Under the pieces are notes generated by a model. The model saw only the letters and a list, made by a program, of their open reading frames with translations. It did not search any database and was not told where the DNA came from. A program made the position numbers and the translations under genes. DNA of 64,000 nucleotides from Fidelibacterota bacterium (lineage in GTDB: Bacteria; Fidelibacterota; Marinisomatia; Marinisomatales; TCS55): assembly GCA_046861385.1 (NCBI GenBank), contig JBHHTW010000001.1:32001-96000 (forward strand). Direction: 5' to 3'. This document shows positions 18,412-29,160 of the stretch, piece after piece (the stretch's first letter is position 1; each line of letters opens with the position of its first letter).

Positions 18412-19083
18412 ATGTCCCCCGATAGGGATGATGTTCGCCGATATCTGCGGCAAAATCAGGAATTATTCGGGGATGAATTATTTATAACAACGCCATCTCA
18501 AAACAGGCAAACCGATGAGAAAAATAGTGAAGATTTATCCTTATTTGAAGCAGACATCAGCGCATGTCAAAAATGTTCATTAGGCAGTTCGCGCACTGAA
18601 TTCGTATTTGGCGTTGGAGATCCAAATGCCGATTTATTAATAGTGGGAGAAGCACCCGGTGCTGAAGAAGATAAAAAAGGTGAACCATTTGTTGGTCGTG
18701 CCGGAAAGCTGTTAGATAAAATATTATCTGCTATCGACAGAAGCAGAGGAAAAGATGTCTATATCTGCAACGTGTTAAAATGCAGGCCCCCGAATAATCG
18801 CGATCCACTCAGAGCTGAAGTGGAGAAATGCGAACCGTATTTATTACATCAAATACGTTTGATAAATCCATCACTTATAGTAGCTTTAGGGCGAGTCGCC
18901 GGACAGACCCTTTTGAATGTGGATAAATCGTTGAAAAGTCTGCGAAATACATTCCACGACTATCATGGAACACCATTATTGGTAACATATCATCCGGCAG
19001 CTTTGTTACGTAACAAAGACCTGAAACGTCCAACTTGGGAAGATTTCAAGGTTATTAAGGAATACTTGGAGAAAAATAATTAA
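18412..19083 (+). CDS. Uracil-DNA glycosylase, family 4
   Basis: [36 protein letters not shown]. Confidence 0.93.
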   Translation: MSPDRDDVRRYLRQNQELFGDELFITTPSQNRQTDEKNSEDLSLFEADISACQKCSLGSSRTEFVFGVGDPNADLLIVGEAPGAEEDKKGEPFVGRAGKLLDKILSAIDRSRGKDVYICNVLKCRPPNNRDPLRAEVEKCEPYLLHQIRLINPSLIVALGRVAGQTLLNVDKSLKSLRNTFHDYHGTPLLVTYHPAALLRNKDLKRPTWEDFKVIKEYLEKNN

Positions 19084-19085
19084 TC

Positions 19086-20453
19086 ATGGCAAATGAGTTA
19101 CAATACCCGCTAAACGTACAACCCCAGTCGTTGGAAGCGGAACAGGCTGTATTAGGTGCGATGCTTTCCAGTAAAGAAGCAGTAAGTAAATCCTTGCAAT
19201 GGCTTACGGCTGAACAGTTCTACAAGGAAGCCCACAATAAAATTTTCAGATGCATGACTTCATTGTTCAATGAAGGACAGGAAATTGATACTGTTTCTAT
19301 CGTCAATCAATTAAAGAAAAAGAAGGAATTAGAAAGCGTTGGTGGAGCCTACTATATTACCGGACTTGTTGAAGCGGTTCCTTCTGTTGCCAATGTTGAA
19401 AACTATGCCAGGATAGTCCTTGAAAAAGCCATGTTAAGGAATTTGATATTAATTTCTCACGACCTCGCTAAAAGTGCTTTTGAAGATTCACAAAATGTGG
19501 ATGAATTGTTGGATCAGGCAGAGCAATCTATCTTCTCCATTTCCCAAAGGAGACTAAAGGGTGGGTTCCAACATATTGATCCAATTCTTCATGAAACATT
19601 TGAAAAACTGGATCAAATTCATTCAAAACCGGGAGATGTAACCGGTATCGCATCCGGATTAATTGATTTGGACGAACTCACATCCGGTTTTCAACCTGGT
19701 GAGCTGGTTATCGTTGCCGGACGACCGGGAATGGGCAAAACTGCTTTGGCATTGACAATGGCTCGGAATGCAGCTGTAGATTATAAACATCCAGTGGGTC
19801 TATTCAGTCTGGAGATGGCAAATCACCAATTAGCGTTGCGACTTTTATGTGCAGAAGCAAAAGTAGATAGTCATTTAGTTCGGACGGGTAAGCTACCTAA
19901 AAAACAGTGGCAGAATTTGAGCGTATCCGTGGGGACACTGGCTGAATCTTCTATTTTTTTAGACGATACTCCCGCAATCAGCGTATTGGAACTACGGGCA
20001 AAAGCACGACGACTGAAAGCAGAGCATAATATTGAATTGCTGATCGTTGATTACCTGCAGCTCATGCAAGGTCCTCGAGGCGTCGAAAGCAGACAGCAGG
20101 AAATATCTACTATTTCCAGATCCTTAAAAGCGTTAGCCAAGGAATTAGATATCCCTGTCATTGCGTTATCTCAGTTATCCCGAGCGGTTGAGCAGCGGAC
20201 TGAGCATCGACCGGTTCTGTCTGATCTGCGTGAGAGTGGAGCCATTGAACAGGATGCTGATTTGGTTATTTTCTTATACAGGCAATGGATTTATTCCCAG
20301 GAAGACGAAGATAGAGGAAAAGCTCTAGTGATTGTTGCAAAACACAGAAATGGACCTACCGGGTCAATCGATGTTGCATTCATTGACCGCTTTGCTCGAT
20401 TCGAAAATTATGCATCCATTCGAGATGAACAAGGAATAGAAGTACCGTTCTGA
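19086..20453 (+). CDS. dnaB: Replicative DNA helicase
   Basis: EAEQAVLG, GRPGMGKT, VDYLQL, LSQLSR, DLRESGAIEQDAD, KHRNGP; no intein. Confidence 0.98.
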   Translation: MANELQYPLNVQPQSLEAEQAVLGAMLSSKEAVSKSLQWLTAEQFYKEAHNKIFRCMTSLFNEGQEIDTVSIVNQLKKKKELESVGGAYYITGLVEAVPSVANVENYARIVLEKAMLRNLILISHDLAKSAFEDSQNVDELLDQAEQSIFSISQRRLKGGFQHIDPILHETFEKLDQIHSKPGDVTGIASGLIDLDELTSGFQPGELVIVAGRPGMGKTALALTMARNAAVDYKHPVGLFSLEMANHQLALRLLCAEAKVDSHLVRTGKLPKKQWQNLSVSVGTLAESSIFLDDTPAISVLELRAKARRLKAEHNIELLIVDYLQLMQGPRGVESRQQEISTISRSLKALAKELDIPVIALSQLSRAVEQRTEHRPVLSDLRESGAIEQDADLVIFLYRQWIYSQEDEDRGKALVIVAKHRNGPTGSIDVAFIDRFARFENYASIRDEQGIEVPF

Positions 20454-22651
20454 TGCCAAGTACTTTATCACGGTTTATCCCCCATTTAGTTGGTGAATTT
20501 CCAAAACAATTCATGGAATTATACGAAAATCTAAATATTCCTTCCGGGGATGAAAAGGATGAAGTAAAGCGATTATTGTGGGAAGCCTATGATTTTGGTC
20601 TCAACAGTCATGAAGGTCAAAAACGCCGTTCCGGTGAACCCTATTTTAATCATTGCGTTGAAGTAGCCAAACTGCTTATATCTTGGAGGATGGATCCGAG
20701 TACCATCATGGGTGGATTGCTTCATGATTCAGTTGAAGATACAGGTGTAACTCTAGCGGACATTCGTGAGCGATTCGGTGAGGATGTGACAAACCTCGTG
20801 GATGGAGTGACAAAACTTGGGGGAATTAAATTCACAAGCCGGGAAGAAAAGCAGGCTGGAAATTTCATGAAAATGCTTTTATCGGTTGCAAAAGACCTCA
20901 GGGTAATCATTATTAAATTTGCTGATCGAATTCACAATATGAAAACGATTGAGCATTTAGGGCGATTGAAGCAGCATCGAATTGCTGTGGAAACCAGAGA
21001 TGTATTTGTTCCGCTGGCTCATCGATTGGGAATGGCATCGGTTAAGTTCCTCTTGGAAGATCTGGTTTTTAAAACACTTAAACCAAAAGAATATAAAGAC
21101 CTGGATTCCAAAATAAAATCAAGTCGCAAAGTGAGAGAAAAATATATCAAGGAAGTTTCAGACCCACTACAGAAAGAATTAACAAAACTTGGAATTGAAG
21201 CGAAAATTTATGGCCGGGTAAAATCTCATTCTTCTATCTACGGGAAAATGGTCAAACGAGATAAAACCTTTAGTGAAATATATGACCACCTTGCAATTCG
21301 AGTCATTGTTAAGAAGGTTGCCGATTGCTATCTCGCTTTAGGGATCATGCATAACCAGTTTACTCCGGTACAAGAGCGGTTCAAGGATTTTATCGCTTCT
21401 CCAAAATCGAATGCATATCAATCGATACACACAACTGTAGTTGGTCCAAAAGGCAGAATGCTGGAAATACAAATCAGAACTAGTGAAATGGAAGAAACTG
21501 CAGAAATCGGCATTGCCGCTCACTGGAGATATAAAGAGAAGGGTTCCTTATTAAAAAGTGTTGATCCCCATGTGAAATGGCTCCGTGAACTTGTAGATAT
21601 TTTACAATCAGAATCCTCTGATCCAAAAGAATTTATGAATCTACTGAAGATTGATCTTTTCAATGACGAGATATTTGTCTTTACTCCTAAAGGGGATTTG
21701 GTTCAATTACCAACGAATTCAACTCCAATCGATTTTGCATTTCATGTCCATACTGAAGTGGGCATGCACTGTTTGGGTGCAAAAGTCAATCATTCCATTG
21801 TACCCCTAAATACCAAACTGCAAAATGGTGATATTGTGGAGATTATTACCAGTAAAAATCAAAAACCAAGTTATGGGTGGCTAAATTTTGTAGTCACAAC
21901 AAAAGCCAGAACCCACATTAATAAAGAATTGGTAAAACAACAATATAATGAGAGTGTGGCTATAGGCAAGGAATTGGTGAATAAGACTCTCCGTAGGTTG
22001 AAAAAGAAAAATTTCATTACCAAAATTGAATCATCTTATCAAAAATTCGGATTAAATAATACCGAGCAATTAATGGAAGCAATTGGCAAGGGAGATTTGA
22101 CGGTTCGGAAGATATTGAAGAAAATAGATCCGGATGATATCCCTCTATTAAATATAGATGAAGAACAGGAGGAAAAACGATTTTTTGATTTTGCTCGCTC
22201 AAAAACCAAGGGAATCAAATTACAGGGGATTGACAACCTGATGGTAACCTTTGGCAAATGCTGTAATCCAATCCCTGGGGATGAAATGATCGGTTTTGTA
22301 ACCAGGGGACGAGGAATTACAGTCCATCGATCAGATTGTAAAAGTTTACCATTATTAAAGAAGGAATCTGATCGATTAGTCCCAGTCGATTGGGATGTAG
22401 AGAAAAAAGACCTCTTTAATGTTCGCCTAAAAGTTGTTGGATACGACCGCAAAGGAATGCTGAATGATTTGATAGATTTTATTACTAAATCTGATTTAAA
22501 TATTGTGAGTGTTGAATCAAATGTAAAAGATGCAGTGGCAACTACATTTTTCATTATTCAGGTAAATAACGTTCGTCAATTAGAACGAGTGATAAAAAAA
22601 ATGACAAATACTCCCGGTGTTGATTATATTGAACGCTCCGGCAAATTTTAG
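20453..22651 (+). CDS. relA: Bifunctional (p)ppGpp synthetase/hydrolase Rel/SpoT
   Basis: HD domain (LLHDSVED), ADRIHNM, YQSIHT, EIQIRT, TGS and ACT domains. Confidence 0.93.
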   Translation: MPSTLSRFIPHLVGEFPKQFMELYENLNIPSGDEKDEVKRLLWEAYDFGLNSHEGQKRRSGEPYFNHCVEVAKLLISWRMDPSTIMGGLLHDSVEDTGVTLADIRERFGEDVTNLVDGVTKLGGIKFTSREEKQAGNFMKMLLSVAKDLRVIIIKFADRIHNMKTIEHLGRLKQHRIAVETRDVFVPLAHRLGMASVKFLLEDLVFKTLKPKEYKDLDSKIKSSRKVREKYIKEVSDPLQKELTKLGIEAKIYGRVKSHSSIYGKMVKRDKTFSEIYDHLAIRVIVKKVADCYLALGIMHNQFTPVQERFKDFIASPKSNAYQSIHTTVVGPKGRMLEIQIRTSEMEETAEIGIAAHWRYKEKGSLLKSVDPHVKWLRELVDILQSESSDPKEFMNLLKIDLFNDEIFVFTPKGDLVQLPTNSTPIDFAFHVHTEVGMHCLGAKVNHSIVPLNTKLQNGDIVEIITSKNQKPSYGWLNFVVTTKARTHINKELVKQQYNESVAIGKELVNKTLRRLKKKNFITKIESSYQKFGLNNTEQLMEAIGKGDLTVRKILKKIDPDDIPLLNIDEEQEEKRFFDFARSKTKGIKLQGIDNLMVTFGKCCNPIPGDEMIGFVTRGRGITVHRSDCKSLPLLKKESDRLVPVDWDVEKKDLFNVRLKVVGYDRKGMLNDLIDFITKSDLNIVSVESNVKDAVATTFFIIQVNNVRQLERVIKKMTNTPGVDYIERSGKF

Positions 22652-22662
22652 TCAGTATTTTA

Positions 22663-23064
22663 ATGAAGCGAATTTTGGGAATCGACTACGGCGAAAAACG
22701 AGTTGGTTTGGCGTTGTCAGATCTCATGCAATTAATTGCATCGCCATTTAAGACAATCCCGAATAATTCCTCCCTTTTCACGGCCTTAAAAAAAATTATC
22801 GACGAATATGAAGTCGAGAAAGTTGTAGTAGGTTTACCAAAAGGAATGAAAGGTCAGGAAACCCAGCAAACGAAATTTGTGAGAAATTTTATCACCCAAT
22901 TGGAAGATAATAATATATTAGTTGATTTGGAAGATGAACGATTATCATCTATCACAGCAAAAAAATCGCTGATCCAGCAAGGAATTAAAACAGGTCATAA
23001 TAAGGGATTAATCGACCAAACCGCTGCTGCAATTTTTCTTCAATTATATTTGGATCGTCAATAA
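22663..23064 (+). CDS. ruvX: Holliday junction resolvase-like / pre-16S nuclease YqgF
   Basis: LGIDYGEKRVGLALSD, VVGLP, DERLSS, DQTAAAIFLQ. Confidence 0.93.
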   Translation: MKRILGIDYGEKRVGLALSDLMQLIASPFKTIPNNSSLFTALKKIIDEYEVEKVVVGLPKGMKGQETQQTKFVRNFITQLEDNNILVDLEDERLSSITAKKSLIQQGIKTGHNKGLIDQTAAAIFLQLYLDRQ

Positions 23065-23065
23065 T

Positions 23066-24565
23066 TTGAAGCTTCAACAATATCCGCCCTGGGTACTGGC
23101 TTTATTATCCGGTGTGTTATTTGGTGTAACGTTCCTTCCTTTTTCTCCTGGCTTTCTGAATTATTTTAGTCTGGTGCCATTATTGATTATCTGGCTCAAT
23201 CGTGACGTCAAAACAAGTGCCGCCATGACGTATTTATCTGCAATCACCGCAAATTTCATCGCCTTTTACTGGATGGGTCTTAATAAAGGGACAGCACCAT
23301 TAATTGCCTTTTCATCATTAGTCGGTGCGGTGTTTTATTTGGCATTATTTTGGCTGATTGTGGGAGTCGGTGTATCGTTTATACAAAAAAAAATGAAGAT
23401 GGGTCTGCTCTTATTTCCATTTATTTGGGTTGCGATGGAATATTTGCGGAGTTTCGGACCCATGGGTTTCCCCTGGTCAGACTTGGCGTTGACACAAGTT
23501 TTTTTACTCCCAATGATCCAAACAGCAGATGTGACTGGATCAGCAGGTATTGCATTGTATATTTGTATTATTAATGGATTAGTATATGGTGCTCTCATAG
23601 AAAAAAATCCAAAGCTATACATTATCGGCGCTGTTGGTTTATGGGGAATTGTATTTGGAATTGGAAGTTGGCGTTTAAATGCAATTGATATTATTTCCGA
23701 AACATCTCAATTTAAAGTTGCAGTTATCCAACCTAACGTGGATCCCGTTCAAAAATGGGATGAATCCTACAAAAATAAATTAGTGACCTTAATGGATTCA
23801 TTAACAAATGAAGCGATGATTAAAGAACCGGATTTCGTATTATGGCCGGAATCAGCTTTACCTGCTTATTTGAGAATTTCTCGCACCTATCGATATCCGA
23901 TTCGTCAAAAAGTTAAACAATATGGAATCCCATTGTTGGCGGGTACCATTGATATGGAGTCAGATAATAACAATCGTTATTATTACAATGGAGCAATCCT
24001 TTTTAACGCGGATGGATCCATGGAGATGTATCACAAACTATTGTTAGTACCCTTTGCTGAATACATACCATTTTCGGATACATTCCCGATACTTAAAAAA
24101 TTGAATTTTGGCCAGGGGAACTTTGATCATGGCAATGAATACACTATTTTTAAAATAAAGGATGTACGATTTAGTAATATGATTTGTTACGAATCCAGTT
24201 TTCCCAGGATTGCAAGAAATTTTATAAAACGAGGTGCTGATTTTCTAACTGTGGAAACCAATGATGCCTGGTCGGGAGATGCACCGGGCGTATATCAACA
24301 TCTAAAACACGCTCAATTGAGAGCGGTGGAAAATCGAGTTCCAATCGTGCGAAGCGCCAATACAGGTATATCAGCTATAATTGCGCCGTCAGGACGAGTC
24401 CTGGAACAATTGGATTTTGGTGAACAAGGTATCTTATTCAGCTCATTGCCTTTTCTAAATTCGGATTGGGAAACCGTTAATGGAGATGTATTTGCATTAA
24501 TGTGTATTTTCCTTGGTCTCGGAATGGTTGTTTGGGAATGGATTACTGTCAGGAAAAAGGACTGA
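23066..24565 (+). CDS. lnt: Apolipoprotein N-acyltransferase
   Basis: GFPW, QPN, WPES, K..LVPFAE, ICYE, TNDAW, RAVENR..VRSANTG. Confidence 0.95.
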   Translation: MKLQQYPPWVLALLSGVLFGVTFLPFSPGFLNYFSLVPLLIIWLNRDVKTSAAMTYLSAITANFIAFYWMGLNKGTAPLIAFSSLVGAVFYLALFWLIVGVGVSFIQKKMKMGLLLFPFIWVAMEYLRSFGPMGFPWSDLALTQVFLLPMIQTADVTGSAGIALYICIINGLVYGALIEKNPKLYIIGAVGLWGIVFGIGSWRLNAIDIISETSQFKVAVIQPNVDPVQKWDESYKNKLVTLMDSLTNEAMIKEPDFVLWPESALPAYLRISRTYRYPIRQKVKQYGIPLLAGTIDMESDNNNRYYYNGAILFNADGSMEMYHKLLLVPFAEYIPFSDTFPILKKLNFGQGNFDHGNEYTIFKIKDVRFSNMICYESSFPRIARNFIKRGADFLTVETNDAWSGDAPGVYQHLKHAQLRAVENRVPIVRSANTGISAIIAPSGRVLEQLDFGEQGILFSSLPFLNSDWETVNGDVFALMCIFLGLGMVVWEWITVRKKD

Positions 24566-24634
24566 AGATGAGAGATTGGAGCTGTGAGGAGAAGAGAGTG
24601 TGGTAATAGGAGTAAAAAAAATGAAAAAGGAAAA

Positions 24635-25252
24635 ATGAAAAAAGTATCACTTGTTACAAAAATATTCATAATCGGTATTTTGCTAATGCAATCGGTGAAT
24701 GGATTAAGTCCGGTTACAAAATCATTCCTAGTACCGGGCTTGGGTGAATATGCCCTGGATGAACCCGCGAGAGGAAGAGCATTTATTATTTCTGAAACCA
24801 CTTTATGGACTTCACTCGCAGGTGCATTGATCATCAGTAATAATTATTCAGATCAATTCCAGGCGTTTTCAGCTGATTTTGCCGGAATATCTCCGGGAGG
24901 AAAAAATCAACAATTTTGGATAGATGTCGGAAATTATAATTCACGGGAGGATCATAATGAAGAACATTTGAGATTCAGAGAGTTCGATGCATTATATCCA
25001 AATGACTCAGAATGGGATTGGAACTGGACATCAGAAAAAAAACGGAAACAATATAGAAGTTACCGCATCACGAGTGATCAATGGTTTCTGACAGCAAAAT
25101 TCGTTGCCGGCGGAATTGTAATAAATCATATTATATCAGCCGTTGATGTTCTCTATCTTCAGCGTATTTCACAGATTCAAAATATTTCCGTTCTTCCCGT
25201 ATTTGATTATGGAAAAGGTGCTTCGGGAATCGTGTTTCAAATTCAATTTTAA
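24635..25252 (+). CDS. Hypothetical exported/membrane protein
   Basis: Signal-like N-terminus, KSFLVPGLGE motif; inside the operon. Confidence 0.7.
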   Translation: MKKVSLVTKIFIIGILLMQSVNGLSPVTKSFLVPGLGEYALDEPARGRAFIISETTLWTSLAGALIISNNYSDQFQAFSADFAGISPGGKNQQFWIDVGNYNSREDHNEEHLRFREFDALYPNDSEWDWNWTSEKKRKQYRSYRITSDQWFLTAKFVAGGIVINHIISAVDVLYLQRISQIQNISVLPVFDYGKGASGIVFQIQF

Positions 25253-25254
25253 CT

Positions 25255-25989
25255 ATGTCTGTTCTATTAGGTCAGCCCATTGTAAGGCTATGGCTATATT
25301 TAACCTTTTCCACAGCAGCATTATTCAGTCCCACAATTTTTCATTGGGGATTTTATGGAGTGCTTTTAATGATGTTAACTTATGTAGAAAATATTTCCTT
25401 GGGGAAACTGGCCCGTTCGTTGCAATCATTTATGATGTATTTGCCAATTATGATCATTATTTACGTAATTGTTTCTTTAATATTTAGTCAGTTAACACTT
25501 TTTGAGGTCATGGTTGAAATTGGGTGGGTCGCTGTAAAGTTTTTACTCGTCATGGCGATTATGAATGTTTATCATACCGGGAAATATCTCGGTAACGTAT
25601 TCGATGCATTGCGCAGTATTTGGGTCAGGATTAATAGACCTTGGCAAAAAGTCGAGAATTTTTTTCTATTTCTTGAGATCACATTGCGATTTTATCCTTC
25701 ATTCCAACGAGACTGGAATCGATATAATGACATTCAAAAAGCGCTGGGGTTGATAAAACATACTACTAAATTTCAACAGTGGAAGAAAACAGCCAATCAA
25801 TTGCCGGGAATGTTCTTTCTACATTTGCGAAATGCGGATGATATTGCACAATCGATGTCATTGCGGGGGTACGGAAAGCACATTCCAAGGGGAGTTGCCC
25901 AATTTATTTCATTCAATAGTATACATTTGTTTACAATCCTTTTCATTATAACTGTATTTAGTTTAGTTCATTTCATTGCCGCGTTTTAA
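25255..25989 (+). CDS. Energy-coupling factor transmembrane component (EcfT-like)
   Basis: Hydrophobic N-terminal half; ITLRFYP, QKALG and AQSMSLRGY match EcfT coupling helices. Confidence 0.7.
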   Translation: MSVLLGQPIVRLWLYLTFSTAALFSPTIFHWGFYGVLLMMLTYVENISLGKLARSLQSFMMYLPIMIIIYVIVSLIFSQLTLFEVMVEIGWVAVKFLLVMAIMNVYHTGKYLGNVFDALRSIWVRINRPWQKVENFFLFLEITLRFYPSFQRDWNRYNDIQKALGLIKHTTKFQQWKKTANQLPGMFFLHLRNADDIAQSMSLRGYGKHIPRGVAQFISFNSIHLFTILFIITVFSLVHFIAAF

Positions 25990-26722
25990 AATACATATTC
26001 AATATGACGGGACTGACTTTCATGGTTGGCAGATTCAAAGGAACAACCGAACCATTCAGGGTGAATTAGAAAAGGTTTTAAGCAAACTCAATAACAGTAA
26101 AAAAATCAATTTGATTGGTTCAGGAAGAACAGATAGTGGAGTACATGCATTGGATCAAGTAGCCCATTTTGACTGGGATACAAAAATGGAAACCAGCAAG
26201 ATTGTTTCTGCTTTGAACGGAAATCTTCCTTTAGAAATCAGGGTGAAAACATGTCATATAGTTCCGAATGAATTTCACGCCCGGTTTTCAGCTGTGCAGA
26301 GGCAGTATCTATATCAATGCCGTACCGATGATTTTATTATGGATCGTCATTATGTCTGGCGAACAGGGCGTTTAGATATTGACGCATTAAACAGTATTTC
26401 GAAGAGCATCATAGGTGAAAATGATTTTACGTCTTTTTCAAAATACAATGCTGAAGTTGAAAATAGAGTGAGCGTAATCTATTTATCTGAATGGACAGAA
26501 GCGGGGAGTATTGTAAATTATCGTGTGGCAGCTAACCGGTTTTTACATCATATGGTTCGATATTTGGTGGGAACGATGGTTCAAGTTGCTAAAGGAAAAT
26601 TGACAATGACAAAATTTCAAAATTTATTGAATGAACCGAAAGAAGACGTCTTGGTGTATCGCGCACCGGCTCAAGGGCTTTTTCTTGAATATATCGATTA
26701 CGATGGCGCAGATACTTTTTAG
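25976..26722 (+). CDS. truA: tRNA pseudouridine(38-40) synthase
   Basis: YDGTDFHGWQ, SGRTDSGVHA, FHARF, FLHHMVR, APAQGL. Confidence 0.96.
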   Translation: MPRFKIHIQYDGTDFHGWQIQRNNRTIQGELEKVLSKLNNSKKINLIGSGRTDSGVHALDQVAHFDWDTKMETSKIVSALNGNLPLEIRVKTCHIVPNEFHARFSAVQRQYLYQCRTDDFIMDRHYVWRTGRLDIDALNSISKSIIGENDFTSFSKYNAEVENRVSVIYLSEWTEAGSIVNYRVAANRFLHHMVRYLVGTMVQVAKGKLTMTKFQNLLNEPKEDVLVYRAPAQGLFLEYIDYDGADTF

Positions 26723-27785
26723 ACTAATCATTTTATCATCACTCATTGTGGGGCAATGGGAAGTAGATGATTCTCGCCATACGGCGATCACGAGAGCAAT
26801 AAAGGAAGTAAGTCCAGCCGTGGCAAGCATAAGTGTAACACAAATTCAGAATGTTTACAGTCCGTTTTCACAAGACCCATTTTTTGAATTTTTTTTCCCG
26901 GGTCGCCAACCAAAAAGAGAAGTGCATAGTTCTGGGTCTGGTATAGTCATCAGTCCGGATGGATACGTATTAACCAATTTTCATGTAGTAGAAAATGCTA
27001 CGGATGTTTTAGTGACATTACCGGGTGGAGAGGAATTCGAAGCTGAAATTATCGGAATGGATTTCATTACAGATTTGGCTTTGCTAAAATTAAATGGAAA
27101 ATATTTTCCTTATGCTCAATTAGGTGATTCGGATGATTTACTAATCGGTGAACGGGTCATTGCGCTGGGAAATCCTTTTGGCCTTTTTGATATTGCGAAG
27201 CAACCGACGGCTACATCTGGTATTATAAGTGCGGTGGATATGGATTTCGGTTCGCAGTCCGGAGGACGCATTTATAAAGATATGATTCAAACAGATGCCG
27301 CAATTAATCGTGGAAATAGCGGAGGTCCACTGGTGAATGCCTCTGGAGATGTCATTGGTATTAATACATTTATTTTTACAGGATCACAATTTGCTGAAGG
27401 CTCCATTGGAATTGGTTTTGCGATTCCGATTAATATTGCAAAGGATATTGCTGAAGAGTTAAAGATATCCGGAAAGGTGGATCGAAGTTTTTCGACAGGG
27501 TTATCTGTAGAGCGACTAACGCCTGAAGTGGTATCATATCTGGATGTTCCATTTAGTCGTGGAGTCATTGTTGTGGAGGTTGAGCACGGCAGCAATGCTG
27601 AAAAAGCCGGTGTTAAAGTGGGTGATATTATTTATGGAGTTAATGGGAAAAAAATCAGCAGTTCTCGAGAAATATTGAAAATAATAAAAGAGAGCGACTT
27701 GCGATCCGGAAGCAGAATAAAGTTGCAGATATATCGTGAAGGGAAGAAAATAACAAAAAAATTAACATTAGCAAGGATCAATTAA
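26703..27785 (+). CDS. HtrA/DegP-family serine protease with PDZ domain
   Basis: TNFHVV, DLALLK, QTDAAINRGNSGGPL; C-terminal PDZ. Confidence 0.92.
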   Translation: MAQILFRLIILSSLIVGQWEVDDSRHTAITRAIKEVSPAVASISVTQIQNVYSPFSQDPFFEFFFPGRQPKREVHSSGSGIVISPDGYVLTNFHVVENATDVLVTLPGGEEFEAEIIGMDFITDLALLKLNGKYFPYAQLGDSDDLLIGERVIALGNPFGLFDIAKQPTATSGIISAVDMDFGSQSGGRIYKDMIQTDAAINRGNSGGPLVNASGDVIGINTFIFTGSQFAEGSIGIGFAIPINIAKDIAEELKISGKVDRSFSTGLSVERLTPEVVSYLDVPFSRGVIVVEVEHGSNAEKAGVKVGDIIYGVNGKKISSSREILKIIKESDLRSGSRIKLQIYREGKKITKKLTLARIN

Positions 27786-28426
27786 TGCCTGCACCTGAGG
27801 GTCGTAACATTCTTATTACGTTAATGATAATTACCTTTGTAAGCGGGATTACGGGGTTTGGGTATGATTACGCATTCTTAAAGGTAATCTATTTTATTTT
27901 TGGAGGTTTATTTATTTTCTGTATTAATTTTTTCCGGGATCCAGTTCGGATTTCTCCGGAAGGGGAGAATAATCTTATTTCTCCGGCTGATGGTAAAGTT
28001 GTTTTGATCAAAGACGTCACTGATAAAGATGTGGGTGAGGGGAAACAAATTTCCATTTTTTTAAATATTTTTAATGTCCATTCGAATAAGATACCCATAT
28101 CTGGACAGGTGGAAAAGGTAGATTATGAATCAGGGGATTTCAAAGCGGCATTTGATCATAATGCCAGTGATGTAAACGAACAGGCAATTGTTGTTTTGTC
28201 CCACGGAGATAAAAAGATTAAAATAAAACAGATTGCCGGCTTAATTGCCAGACGCATTCACTGCTATGCAAAGGTGGGAAAATCATATAAAGCCGGAGAC
28301 CGATTTGGGTTTATAATGTTTGGTTCCCGTACCGATCTAATAGTACCTTCCGGTTCAAACATTAATGTACAGGTTGGGGATAAAGTAAAAGGCGCTATGA
28401 GTATCATTGGACAAATAGCTCAATGA
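27785..28426 (+). CDS. psd: Phosphatidylserine decarboxylase proenzyme
   Basis: FFRDP, SPADG, FNVH, QIAG.IARRI, FGSRTD. Confidence 0.92.
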   Translation: MPAPEGRNILITLMIITFVSGITGFGYDYAFLKVIYFIFGGLFIFCINFFRDPVRISPEGENNLISPADGKVVLIKDVTDKDVGEGKQISIFLNIFNVHSNKIPISGQVEKVDYESGDFKAAFDHNASDVNEQAIVVLSHGDKKIKIKQIAGLIARRIHCYAKVGKSYKAGDRFGFIMFGSRTDLIVPSGSNINVQVGDKVKGAMSIIGQIAQ

Positions 28427-29160
28427 ACAATAAAAAACGAAAAAGACGCAATTTCATACCAAATCTCATTACAGTCCTGAATATGTTTCTGGGATTTATG
28501 GGGATTGTGATGATGATTATGGGTGACCCTATCCGTGGTGGCTGGCTTATCCTGTTTGCGGGCTTATGTGATGTAGCGGATGGTAAATTGGCGAGAATGT
28601 TAGGTATCCCATCGAGATTTGGTGTAGAATTTGATTCTTTTGCCGATACTATTTCCTTTTGTGCGGCACCTTCATTATTAATATTTACTGTTTATGTGGA
28701 AGGAATTCCGCCGTTATTGGGCGGTATTATCGCATTTACGCCACTATTGTTTGGAACGATTCGCCTTGCAAAATTCAACATTTTACAGGAAGAAGATCCA
28801 AAATCATTTTTCATTGGTTTACCCACACCCGTTAATGCGATTATTATTGTGAGCTATATGTTGTTTAATCATCAGGTCTTTGGTGATATGGGAGATCCCC
28901 GGCTGGCTCTACCCATGATAGTAACATTGGGATTTATGATGATCAGTCCTATTCGGTTTTCGAAATTTCCCTTATTATCATTTAAAAAGGGGAAATCAAA
29001 TTCACTACGACTTATGGGTGTCTTGGTATTCATTGCCTGCGCCATCGCATGGAGAGGCATTGTTCTTTTTCCTTTGATGACATCTTATATTTTATGGAGT
29101 ACAATCAAATGGGTCATCGATCACGATCGTTTTGAAGAAGAACTCCCCATTACGAAATAA
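28423..29160 (+). CDS. pssA: CDP-diacylglycerol--serine O-phosphatidyltransferase
   Basis: PNLIT, DVADGKLAR...FGVEFDSFAD, RLAKFN, FIGLPTP; follows psd. Confidence 0.9.
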   Translation: MNNKKRKRRNFIPNLITVLNMFLGFMGIVMMIMGDPIRGGWLILFAGLCDVADGKLARMLGIPSRFGVEFDSFADTISFCAAPSLLIFTVYVEGIPPLLGGIIAFTPLLFGTIRLAKFNILQEEDPKSFFIGLPTPVNAIIIVSYMLFNHQVFGDMGDPRLALPMIVTLGFMMISPIRFSKFPLLSFKKGKSNSLRLMGVLVFIACAIAWRGIVLFPLMTSYILWSTIKWVIDHDRFEEELPITK

